A stretch of 64,000 nt of DNA from a virus (IMGVR_UViG_2687453145_000002:32001-96000); one strand, 5' to 3'. Shown: positions 29,601 through 36,557, counted from the first letter of the stretch. A program made the numbers and translations. The notes: generated by a model not told the origin, from the letters alone.

Positions 29601-31502
29601 GCCCCATTCAAGACGAAGGGCATTGCCAACCAGAACGCCGGCATCAAGAAGCTCAAGGGCGGGGAGGCCAACACCAACGACCTGCTCGAGAACATCTTCA
29701 CCTCCACCTCCAAGCTGATCGACGCGTCCATGAAGAACATGGCGGCCCAGAAGACGGTTTGGAACCTGGCGGATACCGGCATCATCGAGGTCATTCCGAA
29801 GCCAAACAAGATGGATTACCAGGCCCTTGCCAATGGCAAAGACAGGATCATGGTCAAGCTGGAGGGGGAGGACTACATGATCCGGGTTGAGGATCCGGAC
29901 CTCTATCGCGCTATGACCTTCTTCGACCGCAAGCCGTTCGGCGCCATGGTCAATGTGGCGGCCAAGGCCAAGCGCCTGCTTACTGCTGGGGTCACTGCAT
30001 CTCCCGAATTCATGCTGCGCAACTTCCTGCGCGACTCACTCTCCAGCTGGGCGATCAGCAAAGACGGCTTCAGGCCGGTGATCGACTCCATCAAGGGGGT
30101 GAAAAAGACCCTGGCGATGGACGGCAGTACCATTGATGTGATGTTCAGCGGAGCCTCCTTCCTGGGCGGCTACGTGAATGGCAATGACCCAGAGGCGATG
30201 GCCGATACCGTGCGTAAGTCGCTGCGACGCAAGGGGATGACCCCGGAGCAAATCGCCCGCTACGAAAAGAGCATTATCCGCAACGCCGCTCAGGCAAAGG
30301 GCGTGGTTGCCAATGTGTGGGAGAAGTACAACCGCTATGGCGAGGCTTTCGAGAATGCCAACCGCGAGGCGGTCTATGCCGCAGCCATCAAGGCTGGCAA
30401 GAGCCACGCCCAGGCGGCGTTCGAGTCGAAGGACCTGATGGATTTCTCCATGCTGGGTGCCTCACGCACCATGCAGGTCATGACCCAACTGCTGCCGTTC
30501 TTCAATGCCAGGGTCCAGGGTCTCGGCAAGCTGAGCCGTGAGCTGCGCGACAACCCGCGCGAGATCGCCAAGCGTGCCGGCATGATCACGGCAGCAAGCC
30601 TGGCGCTGCTGGCCCTCAACTGGGATGACGAGCGCTATGAGAAGCTGCCGGACTGGGACAAGGATGCGAACTGGCACTTCTGGATTGGGGATGAGGAGTT
30701 CCGCATCCCCAAGCCGTTCGAGATTGGGGTGTTGTTCGGCACCATCCCGGAGCGCATGGTGCGCGCCATGGGCGGGAAGGACACTGGCGCGCAACTCGGC
30801 AAGGCGATAGCCAGGGCGGTCGGTGAAACGTTCGCGCTCAACCCCACGCCGCAGATCGTCAAGCCGTTGGTGGAATCCTACTTCAACTACGATGCCTTCC
30901 GTGGCATCCCCATCGAGAACGCGCAGGACCTCGCAGTGCAGGCGGAGGCTCGCTACAACGAGCAGACCAGTCTGATGATGCGTGAGCTTGGCGAAACCCT
31001 GGGTATGTCACCCAAAAAGCTGGAGCACCTGCTGATCGGCTACACGGGCACCATCGGCAGTTACGTGATGGCGGCGGCCGATGGCCTGATCCGGGCCGGC
31101 ACGCCCGGGGAGTCTGCAAGCTGGCGCGCCGACGAGATCCCGCTTGTGAAAGCGGTGTACCGCGGCACTGGCCCTGCAAAGTCCACGCAGCACATGGAGG
31201 AGTTCTACCGGATGCTGAACGAGGTGAACCAGCTCAAGCGCACCGTTGACCAGTACCGCAGTGAGGGGCTCACAGATAAGGCCCGCGAGCTGCTGGAGGA
31301 GCAGGGTGGGATCTTGAAGTCGCGCCGCAGCCTGAGCCGCACTCAGCAGCAGGTCCGGGTGGTGCGCAACAAGATCGAGCTGATCCAGCGCGACCGCACA
31401 ATGACCGCAGAAGAGAAGCGCCGGCGCATCGATGAGATGCTGGCCCGCCGTAATGACCTAGTGTATCAGGCAGTCAATAAGAACAAGGCGAACTGGGAGT
31501 AA
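20649..31502 (+). CDS. Giant (~3617 aa) polyvalent internal virion protein: N6-adenine MTase, DdrB-like ParB, zincin-like and LPD38-like domains
   Basis: DFFPTP/LEPSAGHG/NPPF (~25670-26170); QPRDR/ESGNGR (~26200-27000); HEVLAH (~28503); RIPKPFEIG (~30700); AGGA RBS at 20641. Confidence 0.85.
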   Translation: MDKLGLRDALPQPQQSDTRNDPFWGNLDSSLSAAAAAPPQSAQPTAKRDLDVGLGDVARGVGAGALELVGGIGELARQASNFGKENAGKQGGDYLEQARANMANKLSPVLDAVAGAGDLAQGGAESLTEGMSADAKEALGRRLVDETPEGRLTLGDGAGDIDVWAMKMAQGVGSLLPTLAAGGVTGLAAKVSIGRAVTASMIKRGATQEVAEAVAAKAVSKIATGASVTTGVTGSVGSAGVNARDTVLGMSFDELAGSDTFRQAFTRIDQDQQTAHLSDEEKLGLAREETANLASRATMSDAKVWGAAAMGSMMGDAMLFKMLAGKAATGGVLKGAAKGAAGEGISETLEEGVQQYAVNESLNEVAAADIDPMKGVMSSAIEGGLIGMGAGGAVGAVGGARGGKHASQEDGVGTDPVSEPSAPVTEGAAGPAVDPNFASVPLEEGEQAPSASLAEGELNPLGPSASQFDELRDVPAYLRQDDTADRYKGMAADSEVQRALAGEFGQTVQELVASQMKAGDQGKSLYERAQAGELGLDPFAGNKSAQQVAMENQRLALPLKDVIFAGDANAKPKGEAVAAPGDHDDQQAGPGPQFRGGERTRWQSGQEGDVLPPEASSTKPAGELPGAVIEGEAREVGNELPHRNVVYGNDLRAEQQRAADLARRERELNNHPLQIGQSETIFAGGTPGADPRNSAYTPPRLSRDQVDTSMGEQSTRDPRSPVAQSIEQAGSATDSVFGPLKSLRITRKGKPFATEKEAAMASRKGQEMPVPLNGGGFGVAEIAEVEQVKAAATTQSSAPQLDDISVTNPNQPSDQPAASVSAETVPAPSATAGEASQLAPAIDTGYREVIPVKQPKTEVSNEPVTPVPAISSEGQRDQPGAGEPAAAGAGPAVAGLTDRAGSGDRADLAAPAPVPDGQQQNDPTLTAPATDAGAAVSGRIGEEELRDRDLLKEHGGHWKYRSAVGAGWFTANTKEAAIQRAEEAYRKAVSKGEPVPTRDERFAQADAELFSEMDRRYGKMSTPELEAEYQRLGGEVGDLQKSGSGEFNGNGGRRTGAAVSNEGARQVGEERLRLGVYMKMRRDRDTAWSGAKSQQIEPANDWRGAKSATDYHAAKRRLFSGEMEFSEFQAMSRSALDNAPSLRAELEKKTKQDLLDQMSRFNAARYKNDKKAVVVEAAYNQLIGDLRWAANGDGNTISETYAIGGARQSIEERVAKALDGLTPERYQQFVNKQRADVAKRDAELAATKEALRDPQTLEQFKTFLKYRSLDKLTPEQRARYEDLIAASNLDKRDQANEVKAATAVTPTASGDIIKTKHTKSGEDLFVVQMGDRVDRDTYNQINAHAKKLGGWYSSYKVGGAVPGFQFKDEAKATEFRGWLTGQGAASAAPSAEAAPTEVTEPAQTDSKSKQVETLRTRAKTLRDKATAALNAERKENTNKRMTEAANARANAESELHFAGLLDAIADGIESGEVTYLRNLANGTQLTELNHALSRSLWNLPPARREALTSQGMIERAEDDRERWSAKATPEMMAEGAQMPGMDYFARNLKDVATKMQGASGFKQAGAKIMALVNAAINRDSKTVSITDPELIAKLKAYTSGVSDYDAKAVKEQINGYSRLERMGITNHTELRAALRELARLQAVLKKQAVPRDPLAEKMVALKRKLVGNRNAFIDFFPTPESHAADLVTLAGIEPGMTVLEPSAGHGMLAEAARAAGAKVDAVELAVDLREILQAKGFGLVGGDFMDTTPAQSYDAVVMNPPFSNDMDIDHVRHAYDHLKPGGRLVAIVSATAGDRQNNKNKAFREWFDGLGGSEQAMPDGAFKTSLNPTDVRTKIFVIDKPANEVKPLLSPEGKRVTVATPKGQSVEVQYRVMEAADLVASHDFEGNLNHDYPQQLQPRDRSKQTYRVQVGQIAAAPDGARLAASPETDRGAPIVRDGIVESGNGRTIGLKQAYQRGDAGAYRAYLLTHATEFGLDAAAIEAMSAPVLVRERLTEMDDQQLRDFVVDSNTDAKMANSAAEDAGADAGKLTDDMLDLLNIPEGGDVLASQNNRFLQAFLSAIGENQSNSYVSRDGQWNDAYRKRVTAAIFAYGYGNQRLLDAATGEVDADGRNITTALINNAVGMAKLRQHSPERAKVISNYLAEAVESIARAKRSGQSLQEMAAQSDMLGGDTSPEGSLLAQAIAASARSAKAITGMVGDILTMLNKTTSADMFGAAVDPATPETAINETLKAISAYNQQKASQPKPGGDLFGLAGARNNHGAAPSVPRSGDASAAKGAGGVTEGRLELDGVSIRIPAIDEEQQRLYNQATHRGQGVNFASGISTGVGRILNDLKDAGLLDTVEQRAAAEAEVQAWANEEAINARKLMRDGIKNPSWAITGRSGRKAQSSDAQDAENRRQAAHHKDQSDRITALRGELKKLRPKEVIGKDSFNYAWGKAKGMIADYASAQSNGQPNLLASLRKSMNAELARYLQSMGKIDAPNFIKTLKEQDQRLKAAGHDGLVAIVGARSNPGKIISNAIDGRIRFSKQAMSQGMRPAKHLTRKEAELVTKGWFKQYRGASGIDVQIHATQAELEESLGLDAKDGLIRRAAFDDDAGTLHVAADTISDPKRMREILRHEVLAHYGLANVLGDGEYTKLMSRLIQSQKDPSMKPVWDWVNTHYADEDIGTKAEEVVAHLAELEQGAWGRGWDRVVAWVTRALRAVGFVPDGITAAETRSLIEGLGKKLQRSGPDDSGPDGGKKFSQEAERPALKGGIKMSQASTAADAAMEKLNLGPKPDIIDKTKTNLNKLRQVDRGVVSSWVDRVIKKANTEVLDALAPIKYAEEAAGITDAADSGYVAARMATGAASTMQATMLYGLPEWKDGVIQRKAGTGEKDALLGIFADLGADLHNWLGWMAGHRAELLLAQGRENLLDAQDIAALKAQGKGKEAKFLDAKARWNRLNAATLDLGQEAGLFTKEARAEFESEWYIPFFRESDDGDVIAPFKTKGIANQNAGIKKLKGGEANTNDLLENIFTSTSKLIDASMKNMAAQKTVWNLADTGIIEVIPKPNKMDYQALANGKDRIMVKLEGEDYMIRVEDPDLYRAMTFFDRKPFGAMVNVAAKAKRLLTAGVTASPEFMLRNFLRDSLSSWAISKDGFRPVIDSIKGVKKTLAMDGSTIDVMFSGASFLGGYVNGNDPEAMADTVRKSLRRKGMTPEQIARYEKSIIRNAAQAKGVVANVWEKYNRYGEAFENANREAVYAAAIKAGKSHAQAAFESKDLMDFSMLGASRTMQVMTQLLPFFNARVQGLGKLSRELRDNPREIAKRAGMITAASLALLALNWDDERYEKLPDWDKDANWHFWIGDEEFRIPKPFEIGVLFGTIPERMVRAMGGKDTGAQLGKAIARAVGETFALNPTPQIVKPLVESYFNYDAFRGIPIENAQDLAVQAEARYNEQTSLMMRELGETLGMSPKKLEHLLIGYTGTIGSYVMAAADGLIRAGTPGESASWRADEIPLVKAVYRGTGPAKSTQHMEEFYRMLNEVNQLKRTVDQYRSEGLTDKARELLEEQGGILKSRRSLSRTQQQVRVVRNKIELIQRDRTMTAEEKRRRIDEMLARRNDLVYQAVNKNKANWE
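23230..23424 (+). CDS. Nested 64-aa ORF in +1 frame of the giant gene
   Basis: GAGGTG RBS, strongly G/C-ending codons (CTG, CAG, GCG, ATC), 10-bp hairpin right after stop. Confidence 0.6.
   Translation: MSQLPQYLQSAVKDNAISLAQANRLQQALDQPLPDSPTELDPEIGQISLRLHLYLTDSSKMTQH
27331..27495 (+). CDS. Second nested 54-aa ORF in +1 frame of the giant gene
   Basis: GGAG upstream of ATG; amphipathic AQRQAFRDLVTQAQQKAQEE end with coding-like codons. Confidence 0.4.
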   Translation: MKPSRPSAPTTSKKPANPSPAAIFLASPEHGITTAQRQAFRDLVTQAQQKAQEE

Positions 31503-31575
31503 GGGGTAATAGCGGCCCTAGCTGAGCCTCTGTGATAGGGGTAATCTGGGGCCTTTATCGCAGAGGGCCCTGACC

Positions 31576-31776
31576 ATGTGGATTCTGTTTGCTCTGATAA
31601 TGATGGTGGTGGCGCTGAAAGCATTCAGTGTTAGTTTCACCCTAGCGTTGATACCGATAGCGATAGGGGTCTGGTGTTTCAGTAAATCCAACCGTGAGAG
31701 CCTGGATAACTTCATGGCCTTCACTTTCATCATTGTACTGATTGGTTTTGCTGTGAATGTGTTGGTTTCGCCTTAG
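31576..31776 (+). CDS. Small hydrophobic membrane protein
   Basis: GAGG RBS; almost entirely hydrophobic with one polar loop. Confidence 0.65.
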   Translation: MWILFALIMMVVALKAFSVSFTLALIPIAIGVWCFSKSNRESLDNFMAFTFIIVLIGFAVNVLVSP

Positions 31777-31958
31777 TAAGGTGTAAGTTGCGCATCACTC
31801 TCACCAAGTGATGTCTTGAACATACTGGTTTCACGGATCTATGTCACATTGCCGTTGGCTAGTTTTGTTAGGCTCAACTTAACTACCGAAATGGTATTGA
31901 TCTTATTGCTTAGTCATGGGATAAGAGGCAGACCCAACTTATGCACAGGATGTGCGTA

Positions 31959-31987
31959 TTGACAATTGGGTGCGTTTTTGGTATAGT
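31959..31987 (+). promoter_or_regulatory. Near-consensus sigma70 promoter of moron
   Basis: TTGACA-17-TATAGT with extended TGn. Confidence 0.8.
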
Positions 31988-32017
31988 ATTGCGACTCGAA
32001 AATCGATAGAGACTCGT

Positions 32018-32779
32018 ATGACCACCACTGTGTGCGATTTCATTAACAGGGTTGTTGCAAGTGATTCTCGGTGGTCAACAAAGTTAGATGATTATGGTTT
32101 CTACAACCATATCGCTTTTGTCGATGACACCGGTTTTGGAAAGTTGTCGATAAGAGGCAATCACGTCTTATGCTTAGCAGGTGACGGGAAGCTTATCGAG
32201 CAGTGGAAGCAGTGGTGGAAGGCGCCGGTTTTGTATCGGGAGCATCCTCCGGTAGTTTCCGATGCTGGGGCTGTAGTGATCTATGCAATCAATAGAGCCA
32301 CTAATCAGCTCGAGTTTGGGCTTCAATTGAGTTGCGCTCACTTAGACCCAGACACTCGCCATATACAGGCTGTTTTTTCTGGTTCTGGCGAGACGGCTGC
32401 ACTGTCAAACTGGCAATCAGCCAAATGCGCTAAAACCGCAGTAGAGCAAGCAAAGCTCAGAGACGTGTTTACAGGTGGTACTGTACGTTTCGTCAATTTG
32501 AGCACCGATGAGATGGACATTGAGGATGAATTGGATTCCCTTGATGCTGTGCTTAATCAATTGCAAGAGAGAGGGTATGTTATGAGACAAGACGACCCCA
32601 TGAAAACTATGATTCCTGTTAAAGAATTTGACGCAAAAACTATATCGGCCCTTGCATCAAACGGTTCTTTGCAGCTATCCGCTCCTTGTGGCAACGAGGC
32701 TGTTGTCTGGGATGAGGCTGCCAAGCATAGACTTGGGGCCTTCATTGATAGAGTTATAGAATCGGAAAGCCGTTCTTAA
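32018..32779 (+). CDS. Ntn-hydrolase (proteasome-beta/HslV-like) moron protein
   Basis: MTTTV start, ASDSR, LAGDG, SGSG, DVFTGG motifs; low GC; own promoter and terminator. Confidence 0.7.
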   Translation: MTTTVCDFINRVVASDSRWSTKLDDYGFYNHIAFVDDTGFGKLSIRGNHVLCLAGDGKLIEQWKQWWKAPVLYREHPPVVSDAGAVVIYAINRATNQLEFGLQLSCAHLDPDTRHIQAVFSGSGETAALSNWQSAKCAKTAVEQAKLRDVFTGGTVRFVNLSTDEMDIEDELDSLDAVLNQLQERGYVMRQDDPMKTMIPVKEFDAKTISALASNGSLQLSAPCGNEAVVWDEAAKHRLGAFIDRVIESESRS

Positions 32780-32798
32780 TCTATTGATATTATTAGCT

Positions 32799-32833
32799 TA
32801 AACCCGTGCATCATGTGCGGGTTTTTGTTTTTT
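32799..32833 (+). terminator. Moron terminator
   Basis: AAACCCG...CGGGTTT plus long T tract. Confidence 0.7.
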
Positions 32834-32977
32834 GGCTAATAGCTCTAGTAAGTGATCATAAGCGGGAACCTACAGATATCCGATGTCATTCATCTTTTCG
32901 TATTGATCTAAGTCAGCAAAATAGTTCCTGCTCTTCCGTCCCTGGTTAATTTTGTTGATAACCAGTACATGGGGGCA

Positions 32978-33424
32978 TTATTGCCCCTCTTGCCCCTCTT
33001 GCCCCTCTTGCCCCTCTTGCCCCTCTTGCCCCTCTTGCCCCTCTTGCCCCTCTTGTGTTCCTGACTTTCTGTCAGTATTTCTCATAACCGCTTTCACTTT
33101 CTTTCGCACTTCGTCAGTCATTACACTCCTGATGCTGTTCAGCAGCTCTCTGACCTCTCGCAGTTCGTCATTCAGAATCTGTGAGTTGTAGATTACTTGA
33201 GGGACAAGCACAGTGTCTGGAGACAGCGGGTGCGGAATGCTCGTACTTTTGAAGATCTGCTCACCACCACTCTCAGCAAGTTCAGCGTCTTCCTCAAAAG
33301 TCCTTTGAAGCCGATAAACGATCTCTGCGTTCATCGTTCGGCCAGCTGCAGCTGCAGCTTCATGGATGGCAGTGTGTAGCTCCCTTGGTAGGCGCAACGC
33401 AGTCTTCTGTATGTCTTTGCTCAT
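32978..33424 (-). CDS. Arc/Mnt-family repressor (Mnt-like) with (QEG)8 tail
   Basis: LRLPRELH...GRTMNAEIVYRL ribbon-helix-helix. Confidence 0.85.
   Translation of the reverse strand: MSKDIQKTALRLPRELHTAIHEAAAAAGRTMNAEIVYRLQRTFEEDAELAESGGEQIFKSTSIPHPLSPDTVLVPQVIYNSQILNDELREVRELLNSIRSVMTDEVRKKVKAVMRNTDRKSGTQEGQEGQEGQEGQEGQEGQEGQEGQ
32981..33055. repeat. Perfect 9-bp tandem repeat (TTGCCCCTC)x8+TTG
   Basis: Directly visible; encodes QEG repeats. Confidence 0.95.
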
Positions 33425-33512
33425 GAGGTGTGACTTTGGTTTGTTCAGTAAGCATTAGCTTAACAAAAGCAATAGGTGAATTCATTCGGACTTTATCAAA
33501 TCGCTTGCCTTC

Positions 33513-33557
33513 ACTATGAAGTCTAACTATCATTAATTTCGACTTCACAGTAAAGTC
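33513..33557. promoter_or_regulatory. Candidate Arc/Mnt operators
   Basis: ACTATGAAGTC / GACTTCACAGT inverted pair and GACTT..AAGTC between divergent RHH genes. Confidence 0.45.
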
Positions 33558-33576
33558 TAGGTGAGAAGGAGGAGTG

Positions 33577-33747
33577 ATGATAGAAGACAAGGTACGCAAC
33601 ACATCCCTGCGCTTACCGCGTGAGATACGCGATTGGTTAACGAACCGAGCAGCAGATAACTGCCGCAGCTTCAACGGTGAGATCACTATGATCCTGAAGC
33701 AGCAGATGGAGAGGGAGCAAGATAGTGAGAAAGCAGAGTCGGTCTGA
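33577..33747 (+). CDS. Arc-like repressor (56 aa, not in ORF track)
   Basis: AGGAGG RBS; SLRLPREIRDWL..AADNCRSFNGEI. Confidence 0.85.
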   Translation: MIEDKVRNTSLRLPREIRDWLTNRAADNCRSFNGEITMILKQQMEREQDSEKAESV

Positions 33748-33831
33748 TGCCAGAAAGAGTTCGACCCCAACTGGTGGAACAGTTGAGGCCGAGAGATGTA
33801 AACCCACCACGCAAATGATTGGAGTTACTTT

Positions 33832-34632
33832 ATGATTATACAACAACAGTATCAGCAAACCAAAGTTTTGCCAGGGCCGCTGAATTCCATGCCGGTAATC
33901 GCCGGGGTGGAGATCACTACTGATGAGGCGGGGCGGTTCAACCTGAACGCCCTTCACCGGGCCAGTCAACTTGGTTCGAGCAAAGCCCCAGCTCAGTGGT
34001 TGCGCACCAAGCATGCGCAAGAGCTGGTCGCTGAGGTGGAAAAACAAACTGTGCAGATTTGCATAGTTTCCGTTGAAGGCCGTAACGGCGGTACCTTCGC
34101 CCACGAGTTGCTTGCGATCTCCTATGCTGGCTGGATCAGCCCATCATTCCAGCTTCAGGTCAATCAGGTGTTTCTGGATTACCGTATCGGCAAGCTGGGC
34201 CCAATCACCCCACAACTGACCACCATAGAGATCCTGCAGATCGCCATGCAGTCCGAGCAAGAACGGCTGCGCCTGGAGGCCGCCAACCACGAGTTGGAAC
34301 TGCAGATGGAGGCAGCCAAACCCATGGTGGAGGCGCTGGAGAGGATCGCTTTGGCCGATGGCTCGCTGAACCTGACCGAGGCCGCCAAGGCGCTGCAACA
34401 GCAGCCGAAGAAGTTCAATCAGCACCTGTGCAGCCTGCGCTGGATCTACAAGCGTGCCGGTGGCAAGCAGTGGCTTGGTTATCAGGACAAGGTGCAGCAG
34501 GGACTGGTTGAGCACAAGGTTACGATGGTGCCCTTGGCTGATGGCGGTGAGCGTCTTTGTGAACAGGTTCGCATCACACCAAAGGGGCTGACCAAGCTGG
34601 CCCAGCAATTCTGTGTCGGGGGTGTGCAATGA
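33832..34632 (+). CDS. Antirepressor, KilA-N plus KilAC/ANT domain
   Basis: GRFNLNALHRAS, GGTF..AISYAGWISPSF; C-terminal ITPKGL. Confidence 0.85.
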   Translation: MIIQQQYQQTKVLPGPLNSMPVIAGVEITTDEAGRFNLNALHRASQLGSSKAPAQWLRTKHAQELVAEVEKQTVQICIVSVEGRNGGTFAHELLAISYAGWISPSFQLQVNQVFLDYRIGKLGPITPQLTTIEILQIAMQSEQERLRLEAANHELELQMEAAKPMVEALERIALADGSLNLTEAAKALQQQPKKFNQHLCSLRWIYKRAGGKQWLGYQDKVQQGLVEHKVTMVPLADGGERLCEQVRITPKGLTKLAQQFCVGGVQ

Positions 34633-34760
34633 GCGCCGCCCAACTACAGGATGAATTGAATGCACTGCTGGGAGAGTTGGAGGTTATCGATCTCTGTCCC
34701 CAGGAGCGCAGGGCACTGGTTGACAGGATCCAGCGCATTATGCCTGACAGATCTGAATGA
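34629..34760 (+). CDS. 43-aa helical protein coupled to antirepressor
   Basis: ATGA overlap; MSAAQLQDELNALLGELEVIDLCPQERRALVDRIQRIMPDRSE. Confidence 0.6.
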   Translation: MSAAQLQDELNALLGELEVIDLCPQERRALVDRIQRIMPDRSE

Positions 34761-34829
34761 CACCGATGGGGCTGCGGCCCCATTTTTAATACCCAAATCA
34801 GTCCGAAAATGATAAATTCAAGAAATGCA

Positions 34830-34845
34830 CTGTATGGGTATACAG
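34830..34845. promoter_or_regulatory. LexA (SOS) box
   Basis: CTGTATGGGTATACAG within extended palindrome GCACTGTAT..ATACAGTGC. Confidence 0.85.
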
Positions 34846-34887
34846 TGCTTCACAGTCGAGAGACTGGGAGAGCAAGGGGGAAATCGG

Positions 34888-35010
34888 ATGGAATCACTGC
34901 TAAGCGAACTGGAAGAGTTTGTTGAGACGCTGGACCTGGCGCCTGAGGAGGAGAACAAGATCGCGCGCATTCTGGAAAAACTTCGCGATGAAGCCACCGT
35001 GTCAGCGTGA
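34888..35010 (+). CDS. 40-aa acidic SOS-regulated protein (candidate antirepressor)
   Basis: AAGGGGG RBS, LexA box upstream, terminator-like hairpin at ~35029-35052. Confidence 0.6.
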   Translation: MESLLSELEEFVETLDLAPEEENKIARILEKLRDEATVSA

Positions 35011-35083
35011 TGCGGAAGGATTCGGATTGGCCCGCCACTGCGCGGGCTTTTCTATGCCTGCGTGATACGAGATTCTTAGGTAA

Positions 35084-35320
35084 TTTCTTGGGGCATTTTT
35101 GGGGCAAAAAGAGGGGTAAAATACGGGGAAATGCGGTGTTTGATGGGATACATCCGAGGCAATAAAACTGGCCTCAAGCCTTATGCCAAGCGGCTTGGCA
35201 ATGGATCCTGATAGAAATCAATCATTCCTTTGCCGGGAATTGTGGGGGTTGACTATTTATCTAATAAATCAATCGCTTACTGTTGGATCTTTTTTTCTTG
35301 GGGCGTCATTGGGGCAAAAA
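35084..35320. other. attP-like site: paired arm-type repeats, IHF site, core between them
   Basis: TTTCTTGGGGC-N4-TTGGGGCAAAAA at 35084 and 35294; AATCAATCGCTTA (IHF consensus) at 35267-35279; abuts integrase 3' end. Confidence 0.65.
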
Positions 35321-36557
35321 GGCCTTTTGATTGCATCTGCTCCCAGATCCTGACCGCCTCAGATTTGCTCGCCGAGGCGATCCACTTTCCGTAGACGGAT
35401 TGTAACATTTCAAGGTCAGCGTGACCCATTTGCGCTGCAATATACGCGAGATTTCCATGCGACGTCAGGTTCCAACTAGCAAACGTATGCCTAAGTTGAT
35501 AGAAGCGCCGGTATCTTACTCCGGCTCTCCTCATGATGTTGCTCCAGGCATGAGACACCCCGGCGGCGGTGAAGAACTCTTTGGCGTGTGGAACATGGGG
35601 GCCCGTCACCTTAGGCGTGAATACCGGCCTGATGCTCTGGCGCTCGATACGACCGTTCATGTCCACATCTACCGACACCACAGCACGCATGAACGACAAT
35701 GCCATCTGTGACTTGAGAGCTGCGATCACGGGCGGTTGCAGATCAACCTCCCGGGGCTCGTTGGTCTTGGGCAGTTTGAAATAGTCCGATTCGTTACTGA
35801 TGTTCCTGCTGATGACCATGACCCCTTTTTCGAGGTCGATGTCCTCCCAAGCAAGAGCCCTCAACTCGCCTGTTCTAAGGCCAGTATAGATGGCAAGGGT
35901 GATCATGTTTCGTTGCTGCTCGTGGGAGCATGCTTCCAGCAGCCGGGTGTATTCATCAAATTCGAAAGGGTCTGCCGGTGAGGTTTTTCTGGTGGTGACG
36001 GGCCTCACACCTGCTGTGAGTCTTGCTGCATCCGCAAGTAAGTTGTTCTTCTCACACCAGCGAAGCAACTGCCTGAATCGCCCAAGGTAGGTGACGATGG
36101 AGCTGGGTTTGAGTGAGATGTGCAGCTCATTGCGGATCAGCTCTATGTCCTTGGGCATCAGCGTTGAGACCTGTCGGTCCTTACCCAGGACATTGATGCA
36201 CGCCTCAATGGCGAACGGGTAGCCATGACGAGAGGTAGGCTTCAGCATCGGTTTGTGAAGCCGCCAGAAATCCTGATAGGCCTCCCAGATGGTGACGTTT
36301 CGCCGGCTTCCTCCAAATCGAGTCAGTGCTGAGCTGTCAGGGAAATGATGTGCGTAGCTGAAGGTACCGACCGCAATCTCATGCTTGATGGTTGCGAGCT
36401 TGTTGGTGGCAAACTTCACGTTCGCCTTGGTGATGGGGAGGTCGAGGACCTCCCGGCAGCGCGCCCGTTTATAGGTGAAGGTAATGCGCAGCTTTTTGCC
36501 ATGAACCTCCAATCCAGTGACTCCAGCTACTAGATCATCAAGTTTGACTCGACCCAC
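35277..36557 (-). CDS. int: Tyrosine integrase with N-terminal arm-binding domain
   Basis: TGLRTGEL, YQLRHTFAS, MGH, catalytic Y in SVYGKW. Confidence 0.95.
   Translation of the reverse strand: MGRVKLDDLVAGVTGLEVHGKKLRITFTYKRARCREVLDLPITKANVKFATNKLATIKHEIAVGTFSYAHHFPDSSALTRFGGSRRNVTIWEAYQDFWRLHKPMLKPTSRHGYPFAIEACINVLGKDRQVSTLMPKDIELIRNELHISLKPSSIVTYLGRFRQLLRWCEKNNLLADAARLTAGVRPVTTRKTSPADPFEFDEYTRLLEACSHEQQRNMITLAIYTGLRTGELRALAWEDIDLEKGVMVISRNISNESDYFKLPKTNEPREVDLQPPVIAALKSQMALSFMRAVVSVDVDMNGRIERQSIRPVFTPKVTGPHVPHAKEFFTAAGVSHAWSNIMRRAGVRYRRFYQLRHTFASWNLTSHGNLAYIAAQMGHADLEMLQSVYGKWIASASKSEAVRIWEQMQSKGLFAPMTPQEKKIQQ

Larger units (their letters stand above)
1..35228. mobile_element. Prophage copy A, late/structural arm up to the att junction
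   Basis: Continuous phage late genes from spanin to antirepressor; no host housekeeping genes. Confidence 0.9.

Noticed and set aside
31952-32017. Longer start for the Ntn-like gene
   Set aside because: Overlaps the promoter and would bury the N-terminal Thr
32981-33055. Repeat array as CRISPR
   Set aside because: Contiguous 9-bp units with no spacers and no cas genes
35010-35280. tRNA or tmRNA at the att site
   Set aside because: No recognisable T-loop/CCA cloverleaf sequence
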